The notes: generated by a model not told the origin, from the letters alone. Shown: positions 9,914 to 20,408, counted from the first letter of the stretch. The stretch: 64,000 nt of DNA from Paludibacter sp. 47-17 (GCA_001898935.1 MKVT01000012.1:33828-97827), one strand, 5' to 3'. Numbers and translations: made by a program.

Positions 9914-11482
9914 ATGAATATGCGACGTACACTTTTTTATTTGCTATTGTTGGTGATTCCTGTGGTTGTGCTGCAGGCCGGCGACTGCTTTTTTATTCCC
10001 TGGGGAATGAAGGCGGAGGCATTTCCGGCACATGTTGAACTGCAGTGGAACAATAACCGTGGTTTCACATGGGAAATCTATCGGTCGGTTGCCGGTTCGG
10101 CTTTTGTGAAATGTGGCGAAACCACGGGCGATTATTTTCTCGATTTCTTTGGAAAGCCGGTTGATAAAGCCACGCCGTTCAGGTACCGTATTGTGCCGAA
10201 AGGAATGCATCCGGTGTCGGAGCAGGCGGTCGAACTGGAATTAAAAGTGATGGTGCAACCGGCTACCGAAGAAGCATTGCTCGATATGGTTCAGCGCGTT
10301 ACTACCCGGTATTTTTTTGAATTTTCGGATCCTTTCACGGGACTGGCCCGCGAACGAAGCAACGATATGCATGGCGAGATTGTAACTACCGGAGGCACAG
10401 GCTTCGGAGTGATGGCTCTGGTGGCTGCTTCCGAACGAGGGTATTATCCGCGGCAAGAAGTGAAAGACCGGATCGGTAAGATGGTCGGATTTTTGGAGAA
10501 GGCCGAACGTTTTCATGGAGCATGGGCGCATTGGTACGACGCCCGTACGGGTAAGGCATTTAGTTTTTCGAAATTCGACGATGGAGGCGACCTGGTAGAG
10601 ACTGCCCTGTTGATGCAGGGATTGTTGGTGGCTCGTGAATATTACAAAGCCGAAGACCGGGTATTGAGTGAGCGTATCACACGTTTGTGGGAAACGGTGG
10701 AGTGGAACTGGTACACCCGGGGAACCGATTCGCTGTACTGGCACTGGTCGAAAAACCACGCCTGGAAAATGAACCATCGCATCAAAGGGTTTGATGAAAC
10801 GCTGATTACTTATGTGCTGGCAGCTTCGTCGCCTACCTACCCGATATCGCCCAAGGTGTACGAAACCAGTTTTAAAACATCGCCCTACTTCCTGAACGGG
10901 AAGGAATATTACGGAATAAAACTCGATTTGGGAATGGAGTTGGGCGGACCGCTGTTTTTTTCTCATTATTCGTTTTTGGGACTCGACCCGCGCGGACTGA
11001 CGGACCGCCATACGAATTATTTCGAACGTAACAAGGCTCATACGCTGATTCACCGTGCTTATGCGATCGATAATCCGAAGCAACATGCCGGATACGGGAA
11101 ACAATTATGGGGTTTTACCTCGTCGGACGATCCGCTGGTGGGCTACAGTTCGCACCACCCCGGAACCGATGCCGATAACGGAACGGTGTCGCCAACGGCA
11201 GCATTGTCGTCGATCGTGTATACTCCAACGGAGAGTAAGGAGGTTCTCAGCTTCCTGTACTACGAAAAAGGTTCCAGGCTCTGGGGACGATACGGATTTT
11301 ACGACGCCTACAATCCCGGCCTGCCCGAAGGACAGCAGGTAGTACGCAGTTACCTGGCTATCGATCAGGGGCCTGTTGCGGTGATGATGGAGAATTACCG
11401 GAGCGGACTGATCTGGAAATTATTCATGCAACAACCTGAAATTAAGAGGGGACTTCAATTGTTAGGGTTTTCGTACCCCTAA
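9914..11482 (+). CDS. GH144-like protein (PF10091 'putative glucoamylase' fold), candidate endo-beta-1,2-glucanase
   Basis: 522 aa with a signal peptide. Motifs shared with its paralogue at 16103: 'TTGGTGFG(V/I)MAL(V/I)...ERGY', 'F.GAW.HWY', 'FFSHYSFLG(L/I)DPR', 'AIDQGPV(A/V)VMMENYRSGLIW'. Confidence 0.65.
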   Translation: MNMRRTLFYLLLLVIPVVVLQAGDCFFIPWGMKAEAFPAHVELQWNNNRGFTWEIYRSVAGSAFVKCGETTGDYFLDFFGKPVDKATPFRYRIVPKGMHPVSEQAVELELKVMVQPATEEALLDMVQRVTTRYFFEFSDPFTGLARERSNDMHGEIVTTGGTGFGVMALVAASERGYYPRQEVKDRIGKMVGFLEKAERFHGAWAHWYDARTGKAFSFSKFDDGGDLVETALLMQGLLVAREYYKAEDRVLSERITRLWETVEWNWYTRGTDSLYWHWSKNHAWKMNHRIKGFDETLITYVLAASSPTYPISPKVYETSFKTSPYFLNGKEYYGIKLDLGMELGGPLFFSHYSFLGLDPRGLTDRHTNYFERNKAHTLIHRAYAIDNPKQHAGYGKQLWGFTSSDDPLVGYSSHHPGTDADNGTVSPTAALSSIVYTPTESKEVLSFLYYEKGSRLWGRYGFYDAYNPGLPEGQQVVRSYLAIDQGPVAVMMENYRSGLIWKLFMQQPEIKRGLQLLGFSYP

Positions 11483-11558
11483 AACACAACGATAGGATGA
11501 TATGCATTTCGATACAATGCGATGACCGATTTGTGAAACCTGAATAAATTTATACCAT

Positions 11559-14500
11559 ATGAGACGAATCAATTTTCTAATTTTACTGTGGGGGCTGTTT
11601 AGCAGCGTAGTAACTGCCCAGACCAACGTTTCGGTAAGAGGAACCGTGTACGACAAAAACACGAATGAAACCCTCATCGGAGTGAGTGTGCGGGTAGATG
11701 GAACCACGACCGGGACCGTTACCGATATCGACGGCCGGTTTCGAATCGAGAACGTAAGAAGAGGAAGTACCCTGGTATTTAGCTATGTGGGGATGAAGCC
11801 CGTGAGTTTACCTGCCGGATCCGAACCGGTTACGGTGTATCTCGAATCCGAATCGAAAGATTTGGACGAGGTGGTTGTGGTGGGATATGGAACTTCCCGC
11901 AAGCGCGACTTAACGGGTTCGATTGTGTCGGTGAGTGGCGGAAGTCTGAAAGGCTCTCCCGATTATAATCCGATAAAAGCGCTTCAGGGTAAAGTGCCCG
12001 GATTAGTAGTTACTAACAGCGGAGCTGCGGGTGGAAGTCCTACCGTTCGGATACGTGGGATTGCCACGACCTATGCCGATACCAGACCCTTGTATGTAGT
12101 CGATGGGATGTTTGTCGACAACATCGATTTCGTCAATCCAAACGATATAACTTCCATCGAAGTGTTAAAGGACCCGTCGTCGCTGGCGATTTTCGGCGTT
12201 CAGGGAGCCAACGGAGTGATTATAGTTACCACCAAACGTTCGGAAGCAGGACGAATGAACGTGAGCTACGATGGTTATGCCGGAATGCAGGTGCTGCACG
12301 ACCGCGACCGGGTTTCGCTCACCAATGCCGACGATTTCACGATGTTGTACAACGAACAGTTGAAAAATGGTAATCCGGCCGCTTCGCCCTGGGTGGGCGA
12401 CTTGTTGGGAGGAGGAACCGACTGGCAATCGCTTATTTTCCGCGAGGCATTTATTACCAACCACGGGATTTCGGTGAGCAATGCCACCGATAAATCGAGT
12501 TCGGTGTTTTCGTTGGGTTATTTTAAACAGGATGGAGTGGTGAAGTATAATGCGTATCAGCGTTTCAACGGCCGTTGGGCCGGCGATTACCAGGTGGCAC
12601 CGTTCCTGAAATTAGGCGGGAATGTTACCGTGAGCCGTTGGGATTCGGATCCGGCAACAGCCAGTGTGAGCAATGCCGTTCGTGCCTTACCTACTTATCG
12701 ACCTTATGCTCCGGTAGAAGATCATGATCCCAAAAATATCGGTTCGAGGTATACACCCTCGCCGGGAATTCAGAAGGACGTGGCCAACCCGGTGGCCGTG
12801 ATGGAAATCAACAAGGGTACTAGTGAGAATTATGGCTACCGTTCGGTAGGTAATGTGTATGCCGATATCAAATTCCTGAACGATTTCAGTTTTAAACTAA
12901 CCGGTTACGGCGATGTGGGTGCCTCTTTTGCGAACAATTATACCCCCCGGTTTGATGTCAACAATAGTACTTCCAACTCGTCGCATAAAAGCGAACGTAC
13001 GTCGTTTAGCCGTTCCGCGGCCGAATATACGAAGTATCAGGTGGATATGATTCTGAATTACGCTAAAAATGTGGACGAGCACCGCATTTCGGCCATGGCG
13101 GGTTACACTGCCCGGGTTCAGGAGAGTAAAGGATTTTCGACGGCTTCGGATACCCTGATCAGTGCCGATTACTGGACTATTCCCGAAGATATGCGTATGC
13201 TCAGCATGGGTTCGCCGCTCAACAAACGCAATGGCGACTGGTACGAAGCCGAATCGTTTATTTCGTATTTGGGACGTTTGAATTACAATTACGCCGACCG
13301 CTACCTGATGTCGCTTACTTTTCGCGCCGACGGTTCGTCGAAATTTTCGCCCACCAATCGCTGGGGGTATTTCCCCTCGGTGGGACTGGCCTGGGTGGCT
13401 TCCGAAGAGGATTTCTTCGCTTCGATGAGAGACAATATCGACTACCTGAAAGTGAAAGCCTCGTGGGGTATGCTGGGGAACGATAAAATTGGCAGTTACC
13501 TGTATTTCCCGACCATCAATCCGCGTGGGCAGCAGATCATTGTTGATGGCAAAACTTATTACCTGCCTACGGTTAGCAATCTGGTGGATGAAAATATCCA
13601 TTGGGAAGTGGTATCGGGATTTGATGTGGGCATCGAGAGCCGGTTGATCGACAGTAAAATGACCCTGGAGCTGGGCTATTTTACCAAAACCACCAACGAC
13701 TTGCTGGCCTATGTCGAACCCTCGGTATCGGTGGGAGCCGGTTTTGAAATCACCAATGCCGGTTCGGTACGCAACAGCGGTGTGGAATTGATTATGGCCT
13801 GGAAAGATAAAATCGGAGATCTGAATTATACCCTGAGTTTTAACGGAGCTACCCTTCGAAATGAAGTGTTGGAATTAGGAAATCAGAATAATTATATTGT
13901 GTCGGGGAGTTATCACCGTACGGCGGTCGGACATTCCGTCGGAGCGATTTATGGGTACGTGCAGGAAGGTATCTTCCAGACTCAGGCCGAAATCGATGCG
14001 GCGCCCTCCACCAGTTGGGTTTCGCGTCCCGGCGATATTCGTTACAAGGACCTGAACGGCGACACTAAAATAACCGATGCCGACCGCGACTTTATCGGTT
14101 CTACTATTCCCGCTTTTACTTACGGACTGTCGGTAGGACTGAATTACAAAGCCGTCGATTTCTCGATGGATTTCAACGGACTCACCGGCACCCATATTCT
14201 GAATACCAAGAAGTTGCCTTCGTTCGCACAATTCAATTATTACACCACGGCCATGAGCCGCTGGCATGGCGAAGGAACTTCGACCGTCGAGCCTATTCAC
14301 GATGCCACCCGGTCGCACAATTACCTGCCTTCGACCAATTTGCTCGAGAGCGGCGACTACTTCCGGCTACGGGCGGTGCAAGTGGGTTACACCCTGCCGG
14401 TGTCGGTAACCAGGGCGGCAGGCATTGCCAAGTTGCGGGTGTTTGCCAATGCGCAGAATCCCATCACTTTCTGCAGCAATACCGGCTTTACTCCCGAAGT

Positions 14501-14591
14501 AGGAGGGAGTATTCTGAGCGGAAATATCGACGATGGTGGAACCTATCCGGTACCCTCCACCTATACCTTTGGTTTAACGGTTAATTTTTAA
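11559..14591 (+). CDS. SusC-like TonB-dependent outer-membrane transporter
   Basis: 1010 aa. Signal peptide, CarboxypepD_reg-like 'VRGTVYDKNTNETLIGVSVRV', TonB-box/plug 'DEVVVVGYGTSRKRD', C-terminal 'TFGLTVNF'. I saw no STN anti-sigma signalling domain. Confidence 0.95.
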   Translation: MRRINFLILLWGLFSSVVTAQTNVSVRGTVYDKNTNETLIGVSVRVDGTTTGTVTDIDGRFRIENVRRGSTLVFSYVGMKPVSLPAGSEPVTVYLESESKDLDEVVVVGYGTSRKRDLTGSIVSVSGGSLKGSPDYNPIKALQGKVPGLVVTNSGAAGGSPTVRIRGIATTYADTRPLYVVDGMFVDNIDFVNPNDITSIEVLKDPSSLAIFGVQGANGVIIVTTKRSEAGRMNVSYDGYAGMQVLHDRDRVSLTNADDFTMLYNEQLKNGNPAASPWVGDLLGGGTDWQSLIFREAFITNHGISVSNATDKSSSVFSLGYFKQDGVVKYNAYQRFNGRWAGDYQVAPFLKLGGNVTVSRWDSDPATASVSNAVRALPTYRPYAPVEDHDPKNIGSRYTPSPGIQKDVANPVAVMEINKGTSENYGYRSVGNVYADIKFLNDFSFKLTGYGDVGASFANNYTPRFDVNNSTSNSSHKSERTSFSRSAAEYTKYQVDMILNYAKNVDEHRISAMAGYTARVQESKGFSTASDTLISADYWTIPEDMRMLSMGSPLNKRNGDWYEAESFISYLGRLNYNYADRYLMSLTFRADGSSKFSPTNRWGYFPSVGLAWVASEEDFFASMRDNIDYLKVKASWGMLGNDKIGSYLYFPTINPRGQQIIVDGKTYYLPTVSNLVDENIHWEVVSGFDVGIESRLIDSKMTLELGYFTKTTNDLLAYVEPSVSVGAGFEITNAGSVRNSGVELIMAWKDKIGDLNYTLSFNGATLRNEVLELGNQNNYIVSGSYHRTAVGHSVGAIYGYVQEGIFQTQAEIDAAPSTSWVSRPGDIRYKDLNGDTKITDADRDFIGSTIPAFTYGLSVGLNYKAVDFSMDFNGLTGTHILNTKKLPSFAQFNYYTTAMSRWHGEGTSTVEPIHDATRSHNYLPSTNLLESGDYFRLRAVQVGYTLPVSVTRAAGIAKLRVFANAQNPITFCSNTGFTPEVGGSILSGNIDDGGTYPVPSTYTFGLTVNF

Positions 14592-14603
14592 AAGAAAAGT
14601 CGT

Positions 14604-16088
14604 ATGAAAAAAATAATATTGTTGATGAGTGTAGTGGTGCTGGTGGTATCCTGTTCCGATGATTTCCTGGAAAGATACCCCAAGGGACGTTGGCATCACG
14701 CGAATTATACCTCCGAAGATTCGCTCGATATCAGTATTTTGGTGGAGTCGAAACTGGGCCAGTCCTATGCCAATTTACGGAATTTCTGGTTTAGCTGGGC
14801 AGGATTGGCTATGCACAACTATACCACTCCCGATGTGGAAAAAGGAAGCACCCCCAGCGACGGTTCCAATGTGGCCCCGTTTAAAACCATGAGCTATACC
14901 GCGTCGCTGGAAGCTATCCGACAGTATTATGGCGAATGCTACAACTCGATTTATTTTGCCAACGAAGCCCTGATTCTGGCTAATTCGATGAACGATACGG
15001 TGGCGAAGAAAAACCGGTTGATGGCCGAGTCGTTGTTTATGCGTTCCATCATGTATTACCGGCTGGCTCAGGCTTTCGGAGGGGTTCCTTATGTGGATAA
15101 AGTATTGTTGCAGACCGATAAAACCCCGGCACGTTCGACCCGCGAGCAGGTATGGGCGCATATCGAACGCGACTTGAAATGGGCGATCGATTACCTGCCT
15201 ACCCGTGTGCAGTTAAACGCCGAAAATGGTTCGCGGCGCATTTCGCAGAATGCTGCCCGGGCGTTGCTGGCCAAGGTCTATTTGTATCAGAAAAAATGGT
15301 CGGATGTGGTGGCTCAGACTTCCCTCATCATTTCGTCGGGCGATAACGATATGACTACACCCTATGCCGAGATATTCACAGAAGCGAGGGAGTACGGTCC
15401 CGAATCGGTATTTGAAGTGTATTGCGAACGCCGCCCATCGGAACAAATCACAACCATTGGCAGCCAGCATTTCCAGATTCAGGGCTTCCGGGGAGTTCCC
15501 AACCTGGGCTGGGGATTCAATGCTCCGAGCCAGCTGCTGATTGCAGCTTACGAGCCCGGCGATCCGCGCAGGAAAGCTTCGGTGATTCAGGACGGCGATA
15601 CGCTCGACGGACGTAAAACCAAGGCCGATGCGGCATCGTATAAATTTTTCAACAAGAAAGCTTATGTCAGCCTTGCCGAACGTAATTTGTACGGTCGTGC
15701 TACCGATCCGCAGGGCTATTGGTCGAACATCCGCATCATCCGGTACGCCGATGTATTGCTGATGCATGCCGAGGCGTCGCTGGAATCGGGCAATACGACC
15801 GAAGCGCTGGATAAGCTCGAGATGGTAAGGGCGCGTGCGCGAGCCGGAAATGCGGCCGTTTTACCGAAAGTTACCACTACTAATGTTGACGAGCTGCGCC
15901 GGAAAATCCGTTTCGAACGTCGCATCGAGCTGGCTATGGAATGGGAACGCTTCTTCGATTTGGTGCGTTGGGACGAAGCCAAGGATGTGATTCCCGGTTT
16001 CGTGGTGGGTAAACACGAAGTATTTCCCATCCCCCAATCGGAAATCGATAAATCGGAAGGGGTGATCGTACAGAATCCTAATTATTAA
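14604..16088 (+). CDS. SusD-like (RagB/SusD) lipoprotein
   Basis: Lipobox 'VVSCSD'. Signature 'IRFERRIELAMEWERFFDLVRW'. Lies 12 nt downstream of SusC. Confidence 0.9.
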   Translation: MKKIILLMSVVVLVVSCSDDFLERYPKGRWHHANYTSEDSLDISILVESKLGQSYANLRNFWFSWAGLAMHNYTTPDVEKGSTPSDGSNVAPFKTMSYTASLEAIRQYYGECYNSIYFANEALILANSMNDTVAKKNRLMAESLFMRSIMYYRLAQAFGGVPYVDKVLLQTDKTPARSTREQVWAHIERDLKWAIDYLPTRVQLNAENGSRRISQNAARALLAKVYLYQKKWSDVVAQTSLIISSGDNDMTTPYAEIFTEAREYGPESVFEVYCERRPSEQITTIGSQHFQIQGFRGVPNLGWGFNAPSQLLIAAYEPGDPRRKASVIQDGDTLDGRKTKADAASYKFFNKKAYVSLAERNLYGRATDPQGYWSNIRIIRYADVLLMHAEASLESGNTTEALDKLEMVRARARAGNAAVLPKVTTTNVDELRRKIRFERRIELAMEWERFFDLVRWDEAKDVIPGFVVGKHEVFPIPQSEIDKSEGVIVQNPNY

Positions 16089-16102
16089 CGTCAATCCCTT
16101 TA

Positions 16103-17734
16103 ATGCGCCGAACGATGAGACTTCCGTTGGTATTCCTATTGATTTTTGTGCTGCTGCAGGCCTGCACCGACCCGAAAGTTCCCACTATTGTGGTGGTGAA
16201 GAACGACGAAACCTATGCTCCTGCCCGGGTTCGCCGGGTAATGGACAAATGGCAGCAGGCTACATTCAATTTTTTCTACCAGGGAGCATCACCTACCGGG
16301 ATGGCGCTCGAAGGCAATGAGCGGGGCGATGTGGTGACCACCGGCGGTACCGGATTCGGTATTATGGCGTTGATAGTGGGTGCCGAACGTGGCTACATCG
16401 GCCGTGAAGAGGCTTCGGCACAGGTGCGGAAGATCGTCCGTTTTCTGGGTAAGGCCGAGCGGTTCAAGGGAGCTTGGTCGCATTGGTACAATCCCGACGG
16501 GACAGCCCATCCCTTTGGCGATCAGGTGAAAACCGGCGATTTGATTGAAACCGGATTTCTGATGGCTGGTTTACTTACTGCTTCGGAATATTTTACCGCT
16601 ACCACGGGAGTTGAGCCGGAAATCCGTGATTCGGTGCATTCGTTTTGGGAAACGATCGACTGGAACGCTTACACCAACGGCAGACCATACCTGCATTGGT
16701 TGTGGTATTCGCAGAGCAACCGCTACGAATTGCCCATCCGCGGGTGGCACGAAGGCTGGATCAGTTATTTGCTGGCGCTGGCGGCTCCGGGCGAGCATGC
16801 TATTCCGGCTGCCGTTTACCAGAACGGATGGTTGATAGAGGGCAGCATTGCCCAACCCTCCCGGCAGTTCTACGGATATAATCTGCCGATGGGAGAAGCT
16901 TATGGCGGTCCGTTGTTTTTTGCCCATTACTCCTTTCTCGGAATCGATCCGCGAAATCTGGAAGATAGCTATGTAAACTTCTGGAATCAGAATGTGGCCC
17001 ATACGATGATTAACCGGCACTACTGTGTGTATGAAGCACCGAAAGAGTACAAGTACAGCGCTACCGACTGGGGACTCACTGCCTGTTACGGTGCCAAACC
17101 ACCTCTGTGGAACTACAGCGCCCGGTCGCCTTCCAACGACGATGGAGTGATAGCGCCCACCGCTTCGTTGGGGTCGTATCCCTACACACCGTTCTACAGC
17201 ACGCAGATGCTGCTGCGGCTCGACGAATATCCGCCGGCTCACGGAAGCTATGGTTTTGCCGATGCCTATGCTCCATCGACGGCTACTTCGGAAAAGAAAC
17301 ACCTGGCCATCGATCAGGGGCCTGTGGTGGTAATGATGGAAAACTACCGCAGCGGATTGATCTGGAGTCTGTTAATGAAAAATGATAGGATCAGACAAGC
17401 ATTGCAGTTGGCCGGAGTGAAAGCGCAACCATCGTACTCCGATGGTTTCATACGCGCTCTTACCAATGTAGCCACGGGCGAGTACGATTTGATGCGGCAT
17501 CCCGATCGGGAAAATTACGAGCTCGATATTTTTTCGACTCGAGCCGGACAAGCCCGCCTCCAACTGAACAATGCCGATGGCAAGCCGGCCATGGATACCA
17601 CCTTCGCCGTCGGTGCGGGCGAACATCGGTTCGTGACGGGTGTGAACAGTAAAATTATCAGCGGCAAACGATACACGGCAACACTGACCACTCCTGCGGG
17701 GAAAAGTTCGGTGCTGACGCTACGATTACGATAA
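16103..17734 (+). CDS. Second GH144-like protein (lipoprotein) with an extra C-terminal beta-sandwich-like tail
   Basis: Lipobox 'LLQAC'. Same motif set as 9914..11482, plus about 100 additional C-terminal residues. Confidence 0.65.
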   Translation: MRRTMRLPLVFLLIFVLLQACTDPKVPTIVVVKNDETYAPARVRRVMDKWQQATFNFFYQGASPTGMALEGNERGDVVTTGGTGFGIMALIVGAERGYIGREEASAQVRKIVRFLGKAERFKGAWSHWYNPDGTAHPFGDQVKTGDLIETGFLMAGLLTASEYFTATTGVEPEIRDSVHSFWETIDWNAYTNGRPYLHWLWYSQSNRYELPIRGWHEGWISYLLALAAPGEHAIPAAVYQNGWLIEGSIAQPSRQFYGYNLPMGEAYGGPLFFAHYSFLGIDPRNLEDSYVNFWNQNVAHTMINRHYCVYEAPKEYKYSATDWGLTACYGAKPPLWNYSARSPSNDDGVIAPTASLGSYPYTPFYSTQMLLRLDEYPPAHGSYGFADAYAPSTATSEKKHLAIDQGPVVVMMENYRSGLIWSLLMKNDRIRQALQLAGVKAQPSYSDGFIRALTNVATGEYDLMRHPDRENYELDIFSTRAGQARLQLNNADGKPAMDTTFAVGAGEHRFVTGVNSKIISGKRYTATLTTPAGKSSVLTLRLR

Positions 17735-17769
17735 CAAATCAAGTATTAATTACTTAAAATTTCTAATGT

Positions 17770-20277
17770 ATGAAACAATTTTTTACTTTTCTGGCGATGA
17801 TGCTGTTGACCGGCATCGTTGTGAAAGGTCAGCAGTTGCAGACCTTCGTTCTCGACGATTTTGAGAACGGGCAGGTAAATTTCACCGAAGTAGTGAACGT
17901 AAATCCGCCTGCTCATATGGACATCGCTGTGGTGGATAACCCTGTGAAGTCGGGTATCAACACCAGCAGCAAAGTGTGGGAATGGCGCAGGTTCGATGCC
18001 GAAACCGATAATAAGATATGGGCGGGGTTTTACTCGGTGTTGAAGAACGAGATTCCATCGGGTTATCACCGCATCGAAATTAAGTACCTGCGTACCAATA
18101 CTACTTCGCAGATCAAGATTAAACCCGAAGGAGGTGTGTCGAAAGAAATTGCTGCCGAAACCCCTGCTTCGAAAACCAATGAGTGGGAATTAATGGTGTT
18201 CGATATCTACAAGGCGGGAATTAAAAACATCCGCGTGTTCGGCTTCTTTCCCGACTTCTACGAACCCATCAATCCCAATGCGGTCGTGTATGTCGACGAT
18301 ATTACCATCGTTTACGATCCGTCGGTAATTCCTCCTCCTCCCCCGACTTCGATTACCTTGTTCGATAATAGTGCCAGCGACCGTTTCCACGATAATAGCT
18401 GGTCGTTTAAAGAAGGTGGAAGTACTCTTGTACAGGAACATTGGCAGGGCCCCGATATGCCCGATGGTGATAAAGTGCCGGCGGTAACCACTCCGGTAAA
18501 GAGTGCGCCTAATGCGTTGAAACTTCAGTGGAAATCGGTAGAAGGAGGAAACTGGGGAGCGATTGTTGCCTCTAAAGACTGGGTACCACACGATGTTCGT
18601 ACCATGACCAATTTCCATTTGTGGGTTAATAGCCCTGTCGACTTGTCGGGTACTGCCTTGCCGATGCTGTATTTTGAGGCAACTACCGGCAGTCCGAATA
18701 AAACCGGTAAGTTGAATATGGGCGCTTATGTGCAAAACCTTGCGGCTAATACATGGGCAGAGGTGGTGATTCCGCTGGCCGATTTTTGGGCAGCCGACCC
18801 CACTTTTACCAGTCAGGAATTTATCAAAGGCGTGTTCTTCGGTCAGAATGCCGCCGATAATGCAGAACATAGCTTGTACCTCGACGATATAGGCTTTAAG
18901 AAAGATGTGAATCCCGATCCGGTGAAGTTGTTTGCCAATTCGGCCAACAATCGTTTCCACGATCAGAGCTGGTCGTTTAAAGAAGGTGGAAGTACCTTGG
19001 TTCAGGAACATTGGCAGGCGGCGGATATGCCCGATGGCGATAAATTGCCGGCCGATACGCTGACCGTTAAATCGGCGCCCAACTCGCTTAAGTTGCAGTG
19101 GAAGTCGGCGGAAGGTGGCAACTGGGCAGCATTGGTTGCTTCGGTAGGCTGGACGGCTCACGATATTACGGCCATGACGCACGTGCAACTGTGGTTGAAT
19201 TCGCCGGCAGAGCTGGCAGGCAACGCACTGCCCGAAATTTACCTCGAAAGTCATAGCGGAAATCCGAACAAAACCGGCAAAGTAGCGCTGGGGAATTACA
19301 TCGGCAAGCTTGAAGCGAATGTGTGGACGGCTGTGAAGGTTCCTCTGGCCGATTTGTATGAATCGAGTCCTTCGTTTGTGGCGAAAGATGTGGTAAAAGG
19401 CATTTTCTTCGAACAAGGAATAGCCGATAATGTGGAACATACGGTATATGTGGACGAGATCAGCTTTGTGTACGCGGCCAAGCCGGCCGATGTGTTGCTC
19501 GATTTTGGCCCGGCGGCTACCGGTTCCGAAGGCAACTGGAACAATATTGCCGGACACCAGGATGGTAAAGCTTCGTTGATCGATGCTTATGGAAATGCCA
19601 CAGGAGTGATGCTGAAAGTTACCGATCCGTTCTACAATGGATTCAACTCGTCGGGTACTTCGGCACCAACAGGCGATGCCGCTCAATTCCCCGCCTCGGC
19701 AACTTCCGATAATTTCTTCGGTAACGGAGCACAGTGGGGTACTACTCCGGCCAATCCTGCAGGAGTAATCACGTTCAGCGGACTGGATGCGTCGAAAGCC
19801 TATTCGTTCGTGATCTTTGCTTCGCGTACAGGTGTAACCAATATTCGCGACGCACGGTATACCTTTGCCGGATCAGGTGAGGCGAAGTCGGCGGTGTTGA
19901 ATGCCTCGAACAATGTTTCGAACGTGGCGGTTGTGAACGAAGTGAAACCTACCACCGAAGGGGTGATCACCTTTACCACCGAAGCAGGTCCGGATAACAA
20001 CAGTGCCGAGAAATTCTACTTCCTCGGTGCCCTGAAAATGAGCGCCGCCGGCGGACAAACCTCGGTTACCAATCCGCTTGCCGGACGGTTGACGGCATCG
20101 TACTCCAACGGCGTGTTACGTACCGGCGACTATACCGGCAGGGTACGCGTATACGGCATCTCCGGCAATCAGGTCGCCGATGTCCAATCGGTGTTTGGTT
20201 ATGCAACGCTGCAATTGCAGAAAGGTGTTTATGTGGTTAGTACAAGCCTTGGTAATGTTAAGATTGCTGTTTATTGA
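17770..20277 (+). CDS. Secreted multi-module protein of unknown function: three CBM-like modules + unassigned ~185-aa module + T9SS C-terminal sorting domain
   Basis: Signal peptide. Each module ends in a '(V/L)Y(V/L)D(D/E)I' strand typical of CBM beta-sandwiches. PPPPP linker. The module 'DFG....GNWNNI...FYNGFN...GDA..FP..AT.DNFFG' is shared with the next gene. CTD 'RVRVYGISGNQVADV...LQKGVYVVSTSLGNVKIAVY'. Confidence 0.85.
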   Translation: MKQFFTFLAMMLLTGIVVKGQQLQTFVLDDFENGQVNFTEVVNVNPPAHMDIAVVDNPVKSGINTSSKVWEWRRFDAETDNKIWAGFYSVLKNEIPSGYHRIEIKYLRTNTTSQIKIKPEGGVSKEIAAETPASKTNEWELMVFDIYKAGIKNIRVFGFFPDFYEPINPNAVVYVDDITIVYDPSVIPPPPPTSITLFDNSASDRFHDNSWSFKEGGSTLVQEHWQGPDMPDGDKVPAVTTPVKSAPNALKLQWKSVEGGNWGAIVASKDWVPHDVRTMTNFHLWVNSPVDLSGTALPMLYFEATTGSPNKTGKLNMGAYVQNLAANTWAEVVIPLADFWAADPTFTSQEFIKGVFFGQNAADNAEHSLYLDDIGFKKDVNPDPVKLFANSANNRFHDQSWSFKEGGSTLVQEHWQAADMPDGDKLPADTLTVKSAPNSLKLQWKSAEGGNWAALVASVGWTAHDITAMTHVQLWLNSPAELAGNALPEIYLESHSGNPNKTGKVALGNYIGKLEANVWTAVKVPLADLYESSPSFVAKDVVKGIFFEQGIADNVEHTVYVDEISFVYAAKPADVLLDFGPAATGSEGNWNNIAGHQDGKASLIDAYGNATGVMLKVTDPFYNGFNSSGTSAPTGDAAQFPASATSDNFFGNGAQWGTTPANPAGVITFSGLDASKAYSFVIFASRTGVTNIRDARYTFAGSGEAKSAVLNASNNVSNVAVVNEVKPTTEGVITFTTEAGPDNNSAEKFYFLGALKMSAAGGQTSVTNPLAGRLTASYSNGVLRTGDYTGRVRVYGISGNQVADVQSVFGYATLQLQKGVYVVSTSLGNVKIAVY
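18358..19497 (+). repeat. Gap-free tandem duplication, 2 x 570 nt (2 x 190 aa), inside CDS 17770..20277
   Basis: Units L197-K386 and L387-L576 align without indels. By hand count about 111/190 residues are identical. The first ~60 residues are much more conserved ('RFHD.SWSFKEGGSTLVQEHWQ..DMPDGDK'). Confidence 0.9.
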
Positions 20278-20288
20278 TCTATGGTGAG

Positions 20289-20338
20289 AAAAAAGCTACT
20301 TCGGTTGTTGAGAAATCAAAGGCTGGAGTAGCTTTTTA
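20289..20338 (+). terminator. Rho-independent terminator/attenuator after the 835-aa gene
   Basis: AAAAGCTACT (20291-20300) pairs with AGTAGCTTTT (20327-20336). G:U/G:C extension of the stem. T-run at 20333-20337. Confidence 0.6.
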
Positions 20339-20408
20339 GAATTAAGAGTGAAGAATCGAGATGGTAGAGGTGTGAAGCCTTTATCGTTACTAAATAATAA
20401 GTTCGCGT

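Noticed and set aside
18190-19686. 498-aa antisense ORF inside the multi-module T9SS cargo gene
   Set aside because: Shadow ORF. It mirrors the tandem duplication of the sense strand and has no signal or domain features.
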